From: Octopus vulgaris
Taxonomy: Eukaryota
Direction: 5' to 3'
Length of the DNA: 64,000 bases
Assembly (NCBI GenBank): GCA_951406725.2
Contig: OX597818.1
Coordinates: forward strand, 84,444,001 to 84,508,000
This document shows positions 23,504-37,259 of the stretch, piece by piece. The notes below the pieces were generated by a model, which saw nothing but the letters and a program-made list of their open reading frames with translations, searched no databases and was not told where the DNA came from. Position 1 is the first letter of the stretch; every line of letters starts with the position of its first letter. The position numbers were made by a program, and so were the translations under genes.

Positions 23504-26400
23504 TTGCCTTGGCTTCGCTGACGAAGATTCGGAAGATCGTTGTCCACGTTGTCTGCACGCTCGTTCGTGGCTGATGTGGAATCGACATAACCGATTGCAA
23601 TGATGACAGAGGTATAAGTGTCCAGAGTCTGATGATGCTGCTGCGTTATTTTTTCGCCTCTCATGTTTGTCTTCAAGAGAGGCGCTGCGAGAGATCTCAA
23701 AGAAAGAAACAGCATTGCTGATGGTATGGCACCAAGCAACACGGTCAGCTGTTAGAGTGAAGAACTCACGATAATCAATGTCACAAACGCTAAGTGATTG
23801 CTTCAGGCAGTTCTTGAAACGCTTATTTGGTGCCCCCTTTTGTGGTGGCCAGTGTACATGGTGATCTTGGGTAGGCGGTGGTCTTCCATCTTGTCAACGT
23901 GTCCTGCCCAACGTAGACGTGTCTCAAATAAAATAGCTTCCAGGCTGGTGAACTTTGCTCACTTGAGGACCTCAGTGTTAGTGATGTAGTCGCTCCAGTA
24001 GATGTTGAGGATGGTACGAAAGCAGTGTTGGTGAAAACATTCAAGGTGCCTGAGATGGCAGCGGTCGGGGACCCAGGATTCAGAGCCATATAGAAGTGTT
24101 GTGAGGACGACGGTCCTGTAGACTCTGACTTCTGTGATGATTTTAAGATTATTATTATTCCACACAAGCTTGTGCTGTCCGCCAAATGCTTTGTTTGCCT
24201 ATGCAAATCTGTTGTCAATTTCTTAAGTGAACTGCTGTACCGACTTCAGTTCTGTTTCGGCAATGGTGGTGTGGGGTATCCTTTAATCATCCTGAGGAGC
24301 TGCTTGGTGTAGGACTTCAGTATTTTTTCAAGCTTACTTCCAACCCAAAGAGCTGGGCGGCCTCTGCAAAGCAGGATGTGATGCACTGCAGGGCTCTTTC
24401 TGTGTGTGCGACAAGTGCGGCATCACCTGCAAAAAGGAGATCCTGGACCACTTGGTCTTGAGTCTTGGTGCGAGCCAGTACGCGCTGGAGCTTGAAAAGA
24501 CTGCCGTCCAGACGGCACCTGATGTAGACGCCGTCTTCAGCGTCAAGGACTGCACTGGCCTGCTTGAGCATCATGCTGAAGAAGATGCTGAAGAGAGTTG
24601 TTGCTAGAACACTGCCCTGCTTTATGCTGTTGTTTATGAGGAATGACACTGATATGTTGCTATTCAGGCAGACTTGTCCTTGTTGGTCTTTGTGGTGCTG
24701 GATGATCATGGTTAGGAATTTAGGGGGACAAAGTCGGTTTAGGATCTGCCACAGACCTTTCCTGCTCATAGTGTCGAACTCTTTTGTCAGATCGACAAAT
24801 GTTACATAAAGTGATTTGTTTTGCTTCCGGTAATTTTCCTAGAGCTGCAAGAGAACGAAATCCATATCTGTTGTGCTCCAGTTGGCTCTGAAACCACATT
24901 AGCTTTCTGGAAGAGAATTTCCGGCAATGGACAAGACAAGTGTGTTGAGGAGTAGTCTTGCTAGAACTTCTCCTGCAGTGGAAAGCAGGTTGATCCCCCG
25001 GTAGTTTGAGCAGTCTGACTTATGGAGGATTGCATTTTCCTGGACAGCTCGGTTTCTACTGAAGAGAACCTGAAGGTATTCAGACCAGCCGTTGAGAGTG
25101 GATGCTGTGTCTGTGAGAAATGCCTAGGCATCTGAGCTGCGCAGGGGACTCCGGACTTGATGTGCTGGGCTGTAGACTGCTTTGAGAGCTTCATAGAAAC
25201 CCCTGTAGTCGCCTGAGTCAGCACACAGCTGGGTTCTCCGTGCAAGGTTGATCCACCACTCATTCTGAACTTCACGGAATTTGCGCTGCAGAAAGCTGCA
25301 GGCTTGGCAAAAGGCAGCTTTCTTCACTTGGCAGGTCGGTTGTGCCAATTGTGCTTGGTGGACATACTTCTTTAATAATTCCTGGAGCAGCACATCGTTC
25401 TCGTCAAACCAATCCTTGTTTTCTTTCTTCGTAAACCCATAGATTTCTGCAGAGGTCTGTAGGATAGCGGTTTTCAGTTTTTCCCATAGGATTTCTGGAA
25501 AGGGATTTCATGAGCGATTGGATATATCAAGTTTTGCCTGTAGTGCTGCCTGAAAGTTTATCTGCAGATCGCTAGCTTTGATTTTCTTGTCATTGGCCGG
25601 TCCTGTTTTCTTTGTTGGTTTGGGCTTGAAGTGAGGTTTGAATTTGCAACGGACCAGGTGATGGTCAGTATAGCACAACTCTGGTGTGCATGACATGACG
25701 TCAGACGTAGGACATAGTCAACGAGGTGCTAATGCTTTGATCGGGGATGCATCCAGGTTGTTTTCAGACTGTCTCTTTGCTGGAAAATGGTATTGGTGAT
25801 GAGGAGCTAATGTTCGGTGCAAAACTCAAGCAAGAGTTGCTCGTTGTCGTTGAAGTTTCCAATCCCATGCTTTCCGAGGACTCCTTTCCAAGTTTCTGAA
25901 TCTCGGTCCACACTGGCATTGAAATCTCCTAGGATTATGACTTTATCATCGACGGGGCTTCTCAGGGGGCGTCTGCACAGGTCTGAGTAGAACATGTCCT
26001 TGTCTGCTGGGTCTGCTTGGAGGGTCGAAAAGTAAACACAGATCGTGACATGCCGCTTGTTTTCCAGAGGGATGCGAATGGAGATGATGCGGTCAGAATG
26101 ACCTGCCGGTGAGGTTTCCAGCATTCATGCAATGGAGTTTCTTATCATGAAACCGACATCTGAACGGCATCTTTCTGATGGGGGTTTGCCTGACCAATAT
26201 TGGGTATATCCAACACCATGTTCTTTTACGCTGCCTTCTGGGAGCCGGACCTCACTAAGAGTTGCATATCAATTTCTAGCCTGAACAGTTCATGTGCAAT
26301 AAGAGCGGATCAGCGGTCTGGTCGACCCCTATCGCTTGTTTCAAGAATGGCTCTGACGTTCCAATATACGATCTTCAAACAATTGGCAATATTTGAAGAG
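23504..26400 (-). mobile_element. RTE-clade LINE, near full length, decayed (APE endonuclease + RT pseudogene)
   Basis: Minus-strand fragments: LKIVYWNVR, DKVIILGDFNASV, TDHHLVRC (APE); IKQGSVLATTLFSIFFS and DLLFAGDAALVAH (RT); VYRTVVLTTLLYGSESW; Cys/His-rich C-terminus. Many stops, frameshifts and deletions. 3' end abuts (TA)n. Confidence 0.93.
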
Positions 26401-26660
26401 CGTTTTGTAAAATCTGACTAGGATGTTAAGAAACACCTACATTGCTAGAAATAAGAGTTAAATCCCTCTAATGCTGTAGTTCACGCACATGAATGAAAAC
26501 ATATACACTAATAGGGACCTGCATCGTCCCAAAATGCCGATTGAGAATTCTTAATATTGACGTCAATTTCGGCAATTTCTAGTGTCTCGTCAGTTAAACC
26601 CGCTTAGAGAGAGAAAGATAGATAGACAGGCGGACAAACAAACAGACAGATAGATAGCTA

Positions 26661-26723
<63 letters not shown>

Positions 26724-26790
26724 TTATATATACGGAGATGTACTCGCATAGCAAGTGATTTGATCTGAGATCGTGTGCTGGAACGAAAAC

Positions 26791-27051
26791 AATTGCAGCG
26801 TGGAAGGTGTTTGTAAGCCATTTAAAGCCGTTCAATTCACTTCAACATTTAAGTTTAATTTATCAAAATATTTTCGTCGCTAAAATCCGCGACCTGTTCA
26901 CCGACAAAAAGATGCAGCACGGATTTTTGTCAGAGAACAGGTCGCGGATTCTAACGACGAAAATATTTTGACAAATTAAACTTAAATGTTGAAGTGAATC
27001 GAACGGCTTTTGTGTGTTTCTTAAATGGCTTACAAACACCTTCCACGCTGC

Positions 27052-27055
<4 letters not shown>
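26791..27055. repeat. Palindromic element (about 120-bp arms, 13-nt spacer) with a hammerhead-like motif in each arm
   Basis: Arms 26791-26910 and 26924-27055 are reverse complements with a few mismatches and one 13-nt indel. Lies between two (TA)n tracts. Confidence 0.9.
26859..26908 (-). ncRNA. Candidate type I hammerhead ribozyme, G3-C8 core variant
   Basis: TTTGTCG-GTGAACA-G-GTCGC/ggatttta/GCGAC-GAAA-ATAT-T-T-TGATAAA. Mirror copy at 26926-26975 (+) has perfect stem I TTTGTCA/TGACAAA but core GAGAACA. Confidence 0.55.
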
Positions 27056-27138
<83 letters not shown>

Positions 27139-27158
27139 CACACACACATATCTATCTA

Positions 27159-27224
<66 letters not shown>

Positions 27225-27235
27225 TATAATTAAAG

Positions 27236-27675
27236 GTCACAAAAGTGATTGGGGTCACTGACCAGCACCGCTTTTGCGAAAAATAAGTGGCAAAACAACT
27301 CAAAAACCACAAAAACACTTAACTTTATGTCTGACAAAGGGAGTTATGTCCCCATGGTACATGGATGGCGATTTCAGATTTTGATGTAGACCATCTTAAC
27401 TTTCGACAGTGACTCTTTTGAAACACATTTCAAAAGCCACAAAAGCACTGGACTTAATGACTGACAGTCGAGTTTAACCCTAGGCGTTAAGAGTCGCTGA
27501 AGAGGAATAATATGGTCTACATCAAAATCCGAAATCACAATCCGGTTATGTACGCCGGGGACTTATCTCCCTTCGTCAGTCATTAAGTTCAGTGCTTTTG
27601 TGGCTTTTGAGTTGTTTTAACTCTTATCTTTAGCAAACGCTGTGGTAGCCAGTACCCTCTGTCACTTTTGGTGAC
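27236..27675. mobile_element. Foldback/MITE-like element, about 180-bp inverted arms
   Basis: gtcacaaaagtga..aaaacaactcaaaa..gattttgatgtagaccat pairs with atggtctacatcaaaatc..ttttgagttgtttt..tcacttttggtgac. The spacer holds a partial third arm. Confidence 0.75.
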
Positions 27676-28167
27676 GTCTGTTAATTTTGTCGTTAGGTTC
27701 TAATTCCAACTAAGCCCCAACTTTTTTTTATTTGTTATATACATAAGGAAACTTACCTCATTGAAAAATATAAACCAAAACTTAAGTATTTCTAAAATTT
27801 TATTCTATAAAAGCTAAATCATGTCAAATTAACAAAACCTAATCATTTCCAGCATTTTTGATTATCTCCCTTATACCGAAAAACTCCTTGATTACCTGCC
27901 CCTGTTTCGAACTCTTCTACATCGCACCATAACGAATATATGACACAACGTCGGAAAAGTAAGGTGAAAAGAAAATACGAAACCGGTTATTTCTCCAAAA
28001 ACAATGTCACTATAGTCAAAATTTTATATCATTTTCCTAACATGACGAAATTATGACGATTTTGATATATTTGTTTTTATCGATATAATACAAATCTTCA
28101 GTAGTTTTTTATTCTATTTTGGTTTTTAAACATCCAGCCACGTTCTTTCACATACCAACTCTCTCAC

Positions 28168-28202
<35 letters not shown>

Positions 28203-28273
28203 CATACAGAGAGAGAGGGGGAGAGATGTAGATAGATAGACTGACAAACAGATAGACAGATAGACAGACAGAC

Positions 28274-28353
<80 letters not shown>

Positions 28354-28865
28354 TAATACATACACTCAAACACACATATCCACAAACATATGCGTACACA
28401 CATAAAAACATACATATCGAATAGTGGATTAGTGCAGTTATATAAATGTATTTAATGAAAACCACTTATAAACAGACGAATGAATGTAGAAAAAAAAACA
28501 AAAGAAAAATTAACTGACGTCATAAGAAGCCATATTGCTTCGTTCAAAAGTAAATTTGTCTTTCTGGGTTTTTTTTTGTCTTTTTTCCTTGGCTACTTTC
28601 AAGATACAATTAGACGTTTGCGGCAAAGTAGATTTCCTCTGCAAATAAAGCCCTACTAATCTAATCCAACATAGTCGACTTGAGCTTCCGAATAAATAAC
28701 TACTTATTCATACACATTATATCCTAAAACATCCTTAGATGTTTCCGACATATTTTGAAAATCTGATAGGGTCGCTCTAAGCTCGTGATATTCCAAGTTA
28801 TTGTCGAAATTATATATATGTATATGTGTGTGTGTACGTGTGTGTGTGTATGTATATGCATATAT

Positions 28866-29228
28866 ATTCTTATTTTATTCTTTTATTTGTTTCATGCTTG
28901 AGTACCTCATTTAGTTTAACACATTGACCCCAGGACATATACTTTTTAAGCCTTGTACTCATTCTGTCGGTCTCTTTTGCCGAACCAGAAAGTTACGGCG
29001 ATGTAGGCACACCAGCATTGGTTGTCAAACGATGGTGGGAGAAAAAGACAGACACCTAAACTCACACACACACACACGCATATATATATACACATATACG
29101 ACTGGCTTCTGTCTTTGGTCGGCCCGAGGCTATAGTAGAAGACAGTTGCCCAAGGTGCCACGCAATGGGACTGAACCTAGAACCATGTGGTCGGCAAGCA
29201 AGCTACTTTCCACAGTCACTCCTGCGCA
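28866..29228 (-). mobile_element. SINE family A, partly deleted
   Basis: ggtcggcccgaggctatagtagaagaca..cccaaggtgccacgc. Confidence 0.85.
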
Positions 29229-29326
29229 TATATATATATATATATATATGTATACATACATACATACATATATATATATGTGTGTGTATGTATGTGTGTA
29301 TGTATGCATGTATGTATGTATGTATA

Positions 29327-29371
<45 letters not shown>

Positions 29372-30199
29372 TCACAATTTGTGGATGCAATTTCCCAGTA
29401 ATGAATTCTTAATAACAATCCACTTGTCAACTGGCTTTATCATATATCCTGAAAGTTCCTCAATATATATGTATAAAGAGTCTCATAAATTATAAAGGTA
29501 ATAAAAGAAAATGGAGAGGAAAAATATAATAGAATCTTGGTTCATTTTATTTGTTTCACAATGGAAAAGTAATGCAAAGTAAGAGCGATACCTATAAGAA
29601 TAATACTTATTCTTATAGGTATAGCTTTTACTTGGCATTACTTTTCTACCTCACACCATAACGAATTGATGACACAACATCGGTAAAAGGAAGCGGATTA
29701 ACAAAACAACCAAAATATATCCGAAAAAATCCTACACATGTTTCAATCTGACAGTATGTTTGAATCATCAACATTTGAACTTTTATGGATGTAATAAACC
29801 ATATATTGCCGGGTATCTTCAGCGAAAAGTAAATATATTTTCTGGTCTTGAATTACGAAATAACTTATTTGAGTGCTTTGTTTAGAAATTTTTCAAATGT
29901 AAACAACAACTTATTAGTATGTGGAGTTTATGCGATTAGAAACTGATCGTTTGAATTAAGCTAATTTTGAACGTGTAAATGATACTAAAACCTCAAATGC
30001 ATTTGAAAAATATATTTATAATTGTATTTATAATATATTTATAAAAGTTTATGGAAAGATGGGAGAAAGACAAATATAACCTATCGTGAGGGGTGTAATA
30101 TACAAAGAATTAACTTGAGAAATGTTAATAAAGAAGGGATGAAAAGTTTGTTTATATTTCACTACAATATATTATATTTCCTTGTACTACAGAGAAATA

Positions 30200-31443
30200 C
30201 GAGGGGCGTTCAATAAGTAATGCCCCTGACCCACTTCCCATAGCAGTAGAGCAACGACACTTGGCACAGTTATTAGTCTTTTCCTACATAGGAACTACCC
30301 AGAGTTATGCATTTCTCCCATCGTTTCATACAGCTCTGGAGACCGTTTTTATAGAAGACCCCAGCTTGGTCCTCCAACCTCGACGTGACTTCAGAAATCA
30401 AGGCTGCATCATCTGGGAAACGCTTTCCTTTCAAAATCAACTTCATGACTGGGAAGAGGTGAAAATCAGAGGGTGCAAGGGGAGGAGTTCATAGCTGCAC
30501 GCCTGTGCTTCTGATCTGGCGACAAGCGAGTTGTGGACCGGAGCGTTGTCCTGCAGGAGGAGGATGCCTTTGCTGATCTTGCTCTTAATTTCCTCAAAAG
30601 TGAAGCATAATAGGCTCCTGTAATTGTGGTACCCTTTGCCAGGAAATCTGTCATCACTACTCCGTCCTGGTCCCAGAAGACTGTGAGCATAACCTTGTCA
30701 TCGGAGGGCTGCACCCTTGCCTTCTTTGGAGGATGTGAGTCACGGTGCTTTCACTGCATTGACTGGGCTTTGGTCTATGGATCATAGTGATGGACCCAGG
30801 TTTTATCCTGTGTGATCAGTCTTTTGAAAAATTTTGACTCATCTTCTTGGCACATCTCCAAATTCGTCCTCGAGCACTCAACGCGTTCTTGCTTCTGGAA
30901 AGGTGTGAGCAACCTGGAAATCCATCTGGCAGACACCTTTTGCATATGCAAATGGTCATGAATGATAGTTTCCACAGACCCGGTACTAATCTTGACCTTA
31001 TGGGCTATTTGGCGAATAGTTATGCGTTGACCTTCCAAAATGGCAGCCTCAACTTGACGGACAGACGTCTCATCAACGGCAGAAGGGGGCGACCAGATCT
31101 GGGAGATGTTTCCACAGAGTTCGGACTATGTTTGAATTCACAATGCCAGCGTTTTACAAGGTCATATGATGGGGCATCATCACCATAAGTTACTTTCATT
31201 TCATCAAAAGTCTCCCGTGGTGTGCGTCCTTTCAAATACAAAAACCAGATCACTACTCGACACTCAACAGGCTCCATTTCACACTTGACTCAGTTCAAAC
31301 ACCTGTAAATCAGAAACCACAATTAGTTCAGAGCTTAATTCGCCACTTAATCTATAGAGGTATAAATAAGTGCACATGCAAAATTTCAGCTAGATCAAAC
31401 AACTGCAAGTGGGTCAGGGGTATTATTTATTGAACGCCCCTCG
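30200..31443 (-). mobile_element. Near full-length mariner transposon (1244 bp)
   Basis: TIRs cgaggggcgttcaataagtaatgcccctgacccactt / aagtgggtcaggggtattatttattgaacgcccctcg. TA duplicated at 30198-30199 and 31444-31445. Confidence 0.95.
30280..31277 (-). pseudogene. Mariner transposase pseudogene
   Basis: MEPVECRVVIWFLYLKG..PRSGRP; KVSARWISRLLT (WVPREL-like); LITQDKTWVHHYDP; KVMLTVFWDQDGVV; LLQDNAPVH. Frameshifts and stops present. Confidence 0.93.
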
Positions 31444-31518
31444 TATTATAATAATGGTATTATTTAGGGTTAAATGGATTAAGATATAATTTCGAGTGTT
31501 CTAAGAAAAAATATTAGC

Positions 31519-31587
<69 letters not shown>

Positions 31588-31716
31588 CTTACTTAGGACA
31601 TGCGAGAGAAATTAAAATCTGGTGTTACAGTATTATTTCCCAAGGTCAAAATGTGAGTAATTAATAATCTTCCTTTGTTCATATGGTTAATCATGCTACT
31701 TTTAAATATATGATTA

Positions 31717-31918
31717 GGAGTGGCTATGTGGAAAGTAGCCTGCTTACCAACCATATGGTTCCAGGTTCAGTCCCACTACGTGGCACCTTGGGCAAGTGTC
31801 GTCTACTATAGGCTCGAGCCGACCAAAGCTTTGTGAGTGGATTTGGTAGACGGAAACTGAACGAAGCCCGTCGTATATGTATATATATGTGTGTGTTTGT
31901 GTGTTTGTCCTCCTAACA
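31717..31918 (+). mobile_element. SINE family A, 5' half
   Basis: Head and central domain up to tttgtcctcctaaca. Confidence 0.88.
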
Positions 31919-32487
31919 GTGTATTTATGTGCATGCAAACATTGGTAAACTTTTTCTGATATATCATTTAAGAGATTGTGATTATACAATCATACATTTG
32001 TTTTCCAATATTGCACATAATTACAGTACCATATCACTTTTTATATATACACAGTTGGTGAACATAATGTTTCCTAATCACATGCTCATATATATACATA
32101 TATCCTATTTTTTAACGCTACAGTAGATTAATTAGAATTTATAATACCGTTCGCATATTTTTCAGTAACACTATTTCTTATTAGGCGCATAATTATAACC
32201 ATTATTTTTATCTCCATAACCCTGAATTAACCCTTGATATTAATATAATTTTTTATACGTGTTTTTATTCTGATTTTTATCGTGATTGTTATACTTAATC
32301 CTATACTTACCTTACCATAATGCAATAATACATATCACACCCATTGTTAACCCCACCTTATTTATACTCCATGTAACTCATCTATATCCAATTTTCACCT
32401 AATCTTTACAACATCATCTCTAACTATATCATCTATTTATTCTTAACTCTACGCAGTACTATCATCTTCTTAGTAACTCAAACATTT

Positions 32488-32610
<123 letters not shown>

Positions 32611-32708
32611 AAATAATAAATTGTATATTAGTTTTCAGCAGTATATTCTATACTCCACCACTTCAAATTTTTTATATTTAGGACACCCATATGACCCATA
32701 TGACCCAT

Positions 32709-32900
32709 ATGTCTCCCCAACATCGCTTGCTGGTGTGTTTACGTCCCTGTTACTTAGCGGTTCGGCAAAAAAGACCGATAGGATAAGTACTAGGCTTACA
32801 AAGAATAAGTCCTGGGGTCGATTTGCTCGACTAAAAGGCGGTGCTCCAGCATGGCCGCAGTCAAATGACTGAAACAAGTAAAAAGAGTAAAAAGAAAAAA
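32709..32900 (+). mobile_element. SINE family A, 3' half
   Basis: Resumes at tgtctccccaacatcgcttg and runs to the gtaaaaaga tail. Confidence 0.88.
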
Positions 32901-33021
32901 GATGTAAATATGAAACTTAAAACTAAACGTGCATATTTATATCCATATTATCCCTAAAATATATAGACATATTTCTCTCGGAAAACACATGAGATTTTTG
33001 CATTATGATAAAAAAAAACTG

Positions 33022-33926
<905 letters not shown>

Positions 33927-33990
33927 TCGGGGTGAGTACTTGATAATTATAAGCACCTGTGTATACCGTTTGGTGGTGTAGGTGGTGGAG

Positions 33991-34514
33991 TAAATTGATC
34001 AAAATAAAATAAAAACATGATGCGAAGGATTCAGCGGTACATATGTTTCGGGCCTTTATTAGACAGATTTATAACAATGCATAATGTATGTCTGTGGCCT
34101 TCTTCAGCCCACAACAGCTTCCACAAGGACATGTGTTACATCAAAAATTCTTGGTTGGGATGCAAATCCTCTCATTCACGTACGACATAATGCGGCAGCA
34201 GCATAGAATTGAAGCGTCCATCTCTTTCTTCTCTCAATGTAGAATGAGGAAAATTGGATGTTTCAATTTTCCAATTTTCCTCATTCTACATTGAGAGAAG
34301 AAAGAGATGGACGCTTCAATTCTATGCTGCTGCCGCATTATGTCGTACGTGAATGAGAGGATTTGCATCCCCAACCAAGAATTTTTGATGTAACACATGT
34401 ATATGAAGAAGGCCACAGACATACATTATGCATTGTTATAAATCTGTCTAATAAAGGCCCGAAACATATGTACCGCTGAATCCTTCGCATCATGTTTTTA
34501 TTTTATTTTGATCA

Positions 34515-34519
<5 letters not shown>
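33991..34519. repeat. Near-perfect palindrome, about 250-bp arms and 11-nt loop, PLE-like
   Basis: 33991-34258 is the reverse complement of 34270-34519 except for a 1-nt indel and an approximately 20-nt indel. Confidence 0.95.
34034..34112 (-). ncRNA. Candidate type I hammerhead ribozyme with long stem II
   Basis: GTGGG-CTGAAGA-A-GGCC..cagac/gtct..GGCC-C-GAAA-CATATG-TA-CCGC. Intact CUGANGA, GAAA and GUA site; palindromic stem III. Confidence 0.7.
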
Positions 34520-34580
<61 letters not shown>

Positions 34581-34839
34581 CGTTCAGTCTAACGACGCTC
34601 CAAGTTTGTTTTCGTTCGGTTTCCTTGTATGTCTCCAGTGTCCGGTTTTTGTTCCTAACTTTGACCCTCCATAAAATACAAAATGTTATTTTGGTATTTA
34701 TGGGAGCAATTGTCTTTGAAGAGTCATATTGTCATTGATTGCTCGAAATAGGTAGTTTATAGACAGCCGATAACTGATGAAGTGTCATTCTTTGTATTAC
34801 TTGTCCCTTTCCTATTGTTATTTGCGTATTTAACTCATT

Positions 34840-34960
34840 TGTACAGATATCTAGATGTTCACTGCATGGGACATTCCTAAAAGATGAATCCCTAATTTGT
34901 TGCTTATGCACATTTACACGACTGATCAGTTTCCTTCCTGTCTCCCCAATGTAGTTTTCA

Positions 34961-34965
<5 letters not shown>
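34840..34965 (-). pseudogene. Penelope-type GIY-YIG endonuclease fragment
   Basis: CNENYIGETGRKLISRVNVHKQQIRDSSFRNVPCSEHLDIC shows the YIG.T...L..R...H and S.H...C pattern. Confidence 0.85.
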
Positions 34966-35050
<85 letters not shown>

Positions 35051-35100
35051 AAAAACAAGTCAAGGTAGAAAATGCTAAATTAATTTTATAAAAAACATTT

Positions 35101-35136
35101 CAGTACCGGTTTCAGTCACTGAGATTTTTTCAGCTG
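35101..35136 (-). ncRNA. Hammerhead-like motif in pseudo-LTR (G8A, probably decayed)
   Basis: CAG-CTGAAAA-AATC/tcagt/GACT-GAAA-CCGGT-A-CTG, on the same strand as the GIY-YIG frame. Confidence 0.55.
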
Positions 35137-35744
35137 TAAGTATGGAAAACAGTTGAATTTTGGAAAAATTTAAAGAAAAGTTTTTTTGAAAGAATATTTG
35201 CATAGTGTTCAAATACAAGTGGCCTTTTCTTTGTTTCTGTCTGTTTCTATCTCCCTCGTTTACCCTTGTAAGTTCGAGGTCGTTGTGAAGAAGGGAGGAA
35301 GAAGAAGAAGAAGAAGAAGAAGAAGAAGAAGAAGAAGAAGAAGAAGAAGAAGAAGAAGAAGAATGCGGGAGTGCCATGATAGTAGTATGTTAAAAGGTCA
35401 AGTGCCCAGAACGTGTCCCGTTGTGGATGGTAATAGTGATCGAATTCCTGAAACATCTCTTTTGAATGATTTGTTTATAAAATTTGTGTAGGTGTTATTC
35501 TAAACAGCAATAGTGGTAAAATTAGGAAGGAGGTGGCGGAGAGGAAGAAGACGAAGAGTAAGAATAAGAAAGAAAAGGGAGAATAAGAAGGAATGTAGGT
35601 AGTAAGATAGTAGTAAGGTGTTAAATGGTCAAGTGACTTAAAATTGGTTCGTTATGGATTATAGCAGTGACTGGGACTGTTTTTAAATGAATTCTTGGGA
35701 ATCTCTTGAGTATATCATTTTTAATATTTGCGTGTGTGTTTGTT

Positions 35745-36004
35745 TTATTCTGGGGCCGTGGTGGATTTGTCATTTGTGGTAGGCGCGTTCAAAAGGGGTT
35801 TGTACTTTGTAATAAAGAGAGTCTCTTTACTAATTCGTTGGCTATCGTCCCTGAATTGGTAGCAAGGGAAAAAATTCTGTAGATTGGATTTTTGTTATTG
35901 GCGCAAATATCTATGTGTTGACTGGATGCTATTTTTCTGTTTTCGGGAATTTTGTTCTGGGATCTGTACAGAGCCATTCTTTTACGTAGACTATTTTTTG
36001 TTTC
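35745..36004 (-). pseudogene. Penelope-type GIY-YIG endonuclease C-terminal fragment
   Basis: ETKNSLRKRMALYRSQNKIPENRKIASSQHIDICANNKNPIYRI, then after a frameshift FPCYQFRDDSQRISKETLFITKYKPLLN..*. Conserved R, E and P.LN motifs. Confidence 0.85.
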
Positions 36005-36447
36005 TCGTTCAGGGCATTTGACCATTTATAATACTACTCCCGCATTCTTCTTCTTCTTCTTCTTCTTCTTCTTCTTCTTCTTCTTCTTCTTCTTCTTCTT
36101 CTTCTTCTTCTTCTTCTTCTTCTTCTTCTTCTTCTTCTTCTTCTTCTTCTTCTTCTTCTTCTTCTACTTCTTCTTCTTCTTCTTCTTCTTCTTCCCTACT
36201 AAGAATTCACAACGATCTCGAACACACAAGAGTAAAGAAAAGAGATAGTAACAGGCAGAAACAAGGAAAATGACAATTGTATTTGAACACTATGCAGCTA
36301 TTCTTTTTAAAAACTTTCCTTTTAATTTTTTTCTTACTTATAGTCTCTGAAACCGGTACTGAAATGATTTTTATAAAATTATTTTAGCATTTTCTACCTT
36401 GACTTGTTTTTCCATATATATCAACTTGTGTGTTCCTTTTCAACCTT

Positions 36448-36581
<134 letters not shown>

Positions 36582-36600
36582 ATATGTAAATGCGCGCGTG

Positions 36601-36782
36601 CATTCTGTGTTTGTCAATACACCGCTTGAACGGTTTCCTTTCATCTTCCGTCAACCACATCCACTCACAAGGATTTGGTCAGCTCCAAGCTATAGAATAA
36701 GAAACAATCCCAAGGCGCCAGGTCGTGGGAGTGAACCTAGGTCCATGTGATTGGGAGAGCAAACGTCTTAACACACAGCCAT
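36601..36782 (-). mobile_element. Degraded SINE family A 5' part
   Basis: atccactcacaagg..ttggtc..gctatag..cccaaggcgcca..acacagcc. Confidence 0.7.
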
Positions 36783-36914
36783 ATATATGTGTGTGAGTGA
36801 GTGAGTGTGTATGTATATATGTATGTATATATGTATGCATGTATGTACTATGTATTATGTATGCATGTATGTACTATGTATTATGTATGTGCATGTATGT
36901 ATACATAAGTTAAT

Positions 36915-37030
36915 GAAACTCCGTCGGTTTCGAAGGCGATTAGTATTCAGTTGAGCAGTACGGAAACAACCTCTTGTTCGATTTATTATGGGCGTGGTTG
37001 AGTATTCCAAAGACATGTCTTGCATTAATA
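36915..37030 (-). mobile_element. Degraded SINE family C tail
   Basis: actccgtcggtt..gtggttgagtattccaaagacatgt resembles the reverse complement of 60150-60258. Confidence 0.5.
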
Positions 37031-37259
37031 TAACCCTCAATACCAGAACCGACGCCACCAAACATAGGAAAGCTGTGCCATTTCAATTACTCCTGGTGTC
37101 CATTTGACTTGTTTTTGTACAGATACCATCCTAATTTTACTCACCACAGCTGGGTCTAGCCGAAACTGGCAAAATATACTTGACCTAAATATCAGGCAGC
37201 GTAAATTCAACGCGGAATTTTGCCATTTCGGATCGAACTTTTTAAGCATTCTCTTACAA

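Larger units (their letters stand above)
29505..31697 (-). mobile_element. PLE pseudo-LTR-like repeat, copy 2, interrupted by mariner
   Basis: 29505-30150 and 31446-31697 are the reverse complement of 33022-33826. Hammerhead core on minus: CTGAAGA (29822-29816), long stem II, GAAA-CATGTG-TA (29744-29733). Confidence 0.75.
35043..36420 (-). mobile_element. 5'-truncated Penelope-like element with inverted pseudo-LTRs
   Basis: 35043-35412 and 36006-36420 are diverged inverted repeats, each with a (GAA)n tract. They enclose the GIY-YIG C-terminus and 3'UTR. Confidence 0.85.

Noticed and set aside
26558-28522. TGACGTCA (CRE) sites at 26558 and 28515
   Set aside because: Isolated 8-mers without promoter context; another lies inside the LINE.
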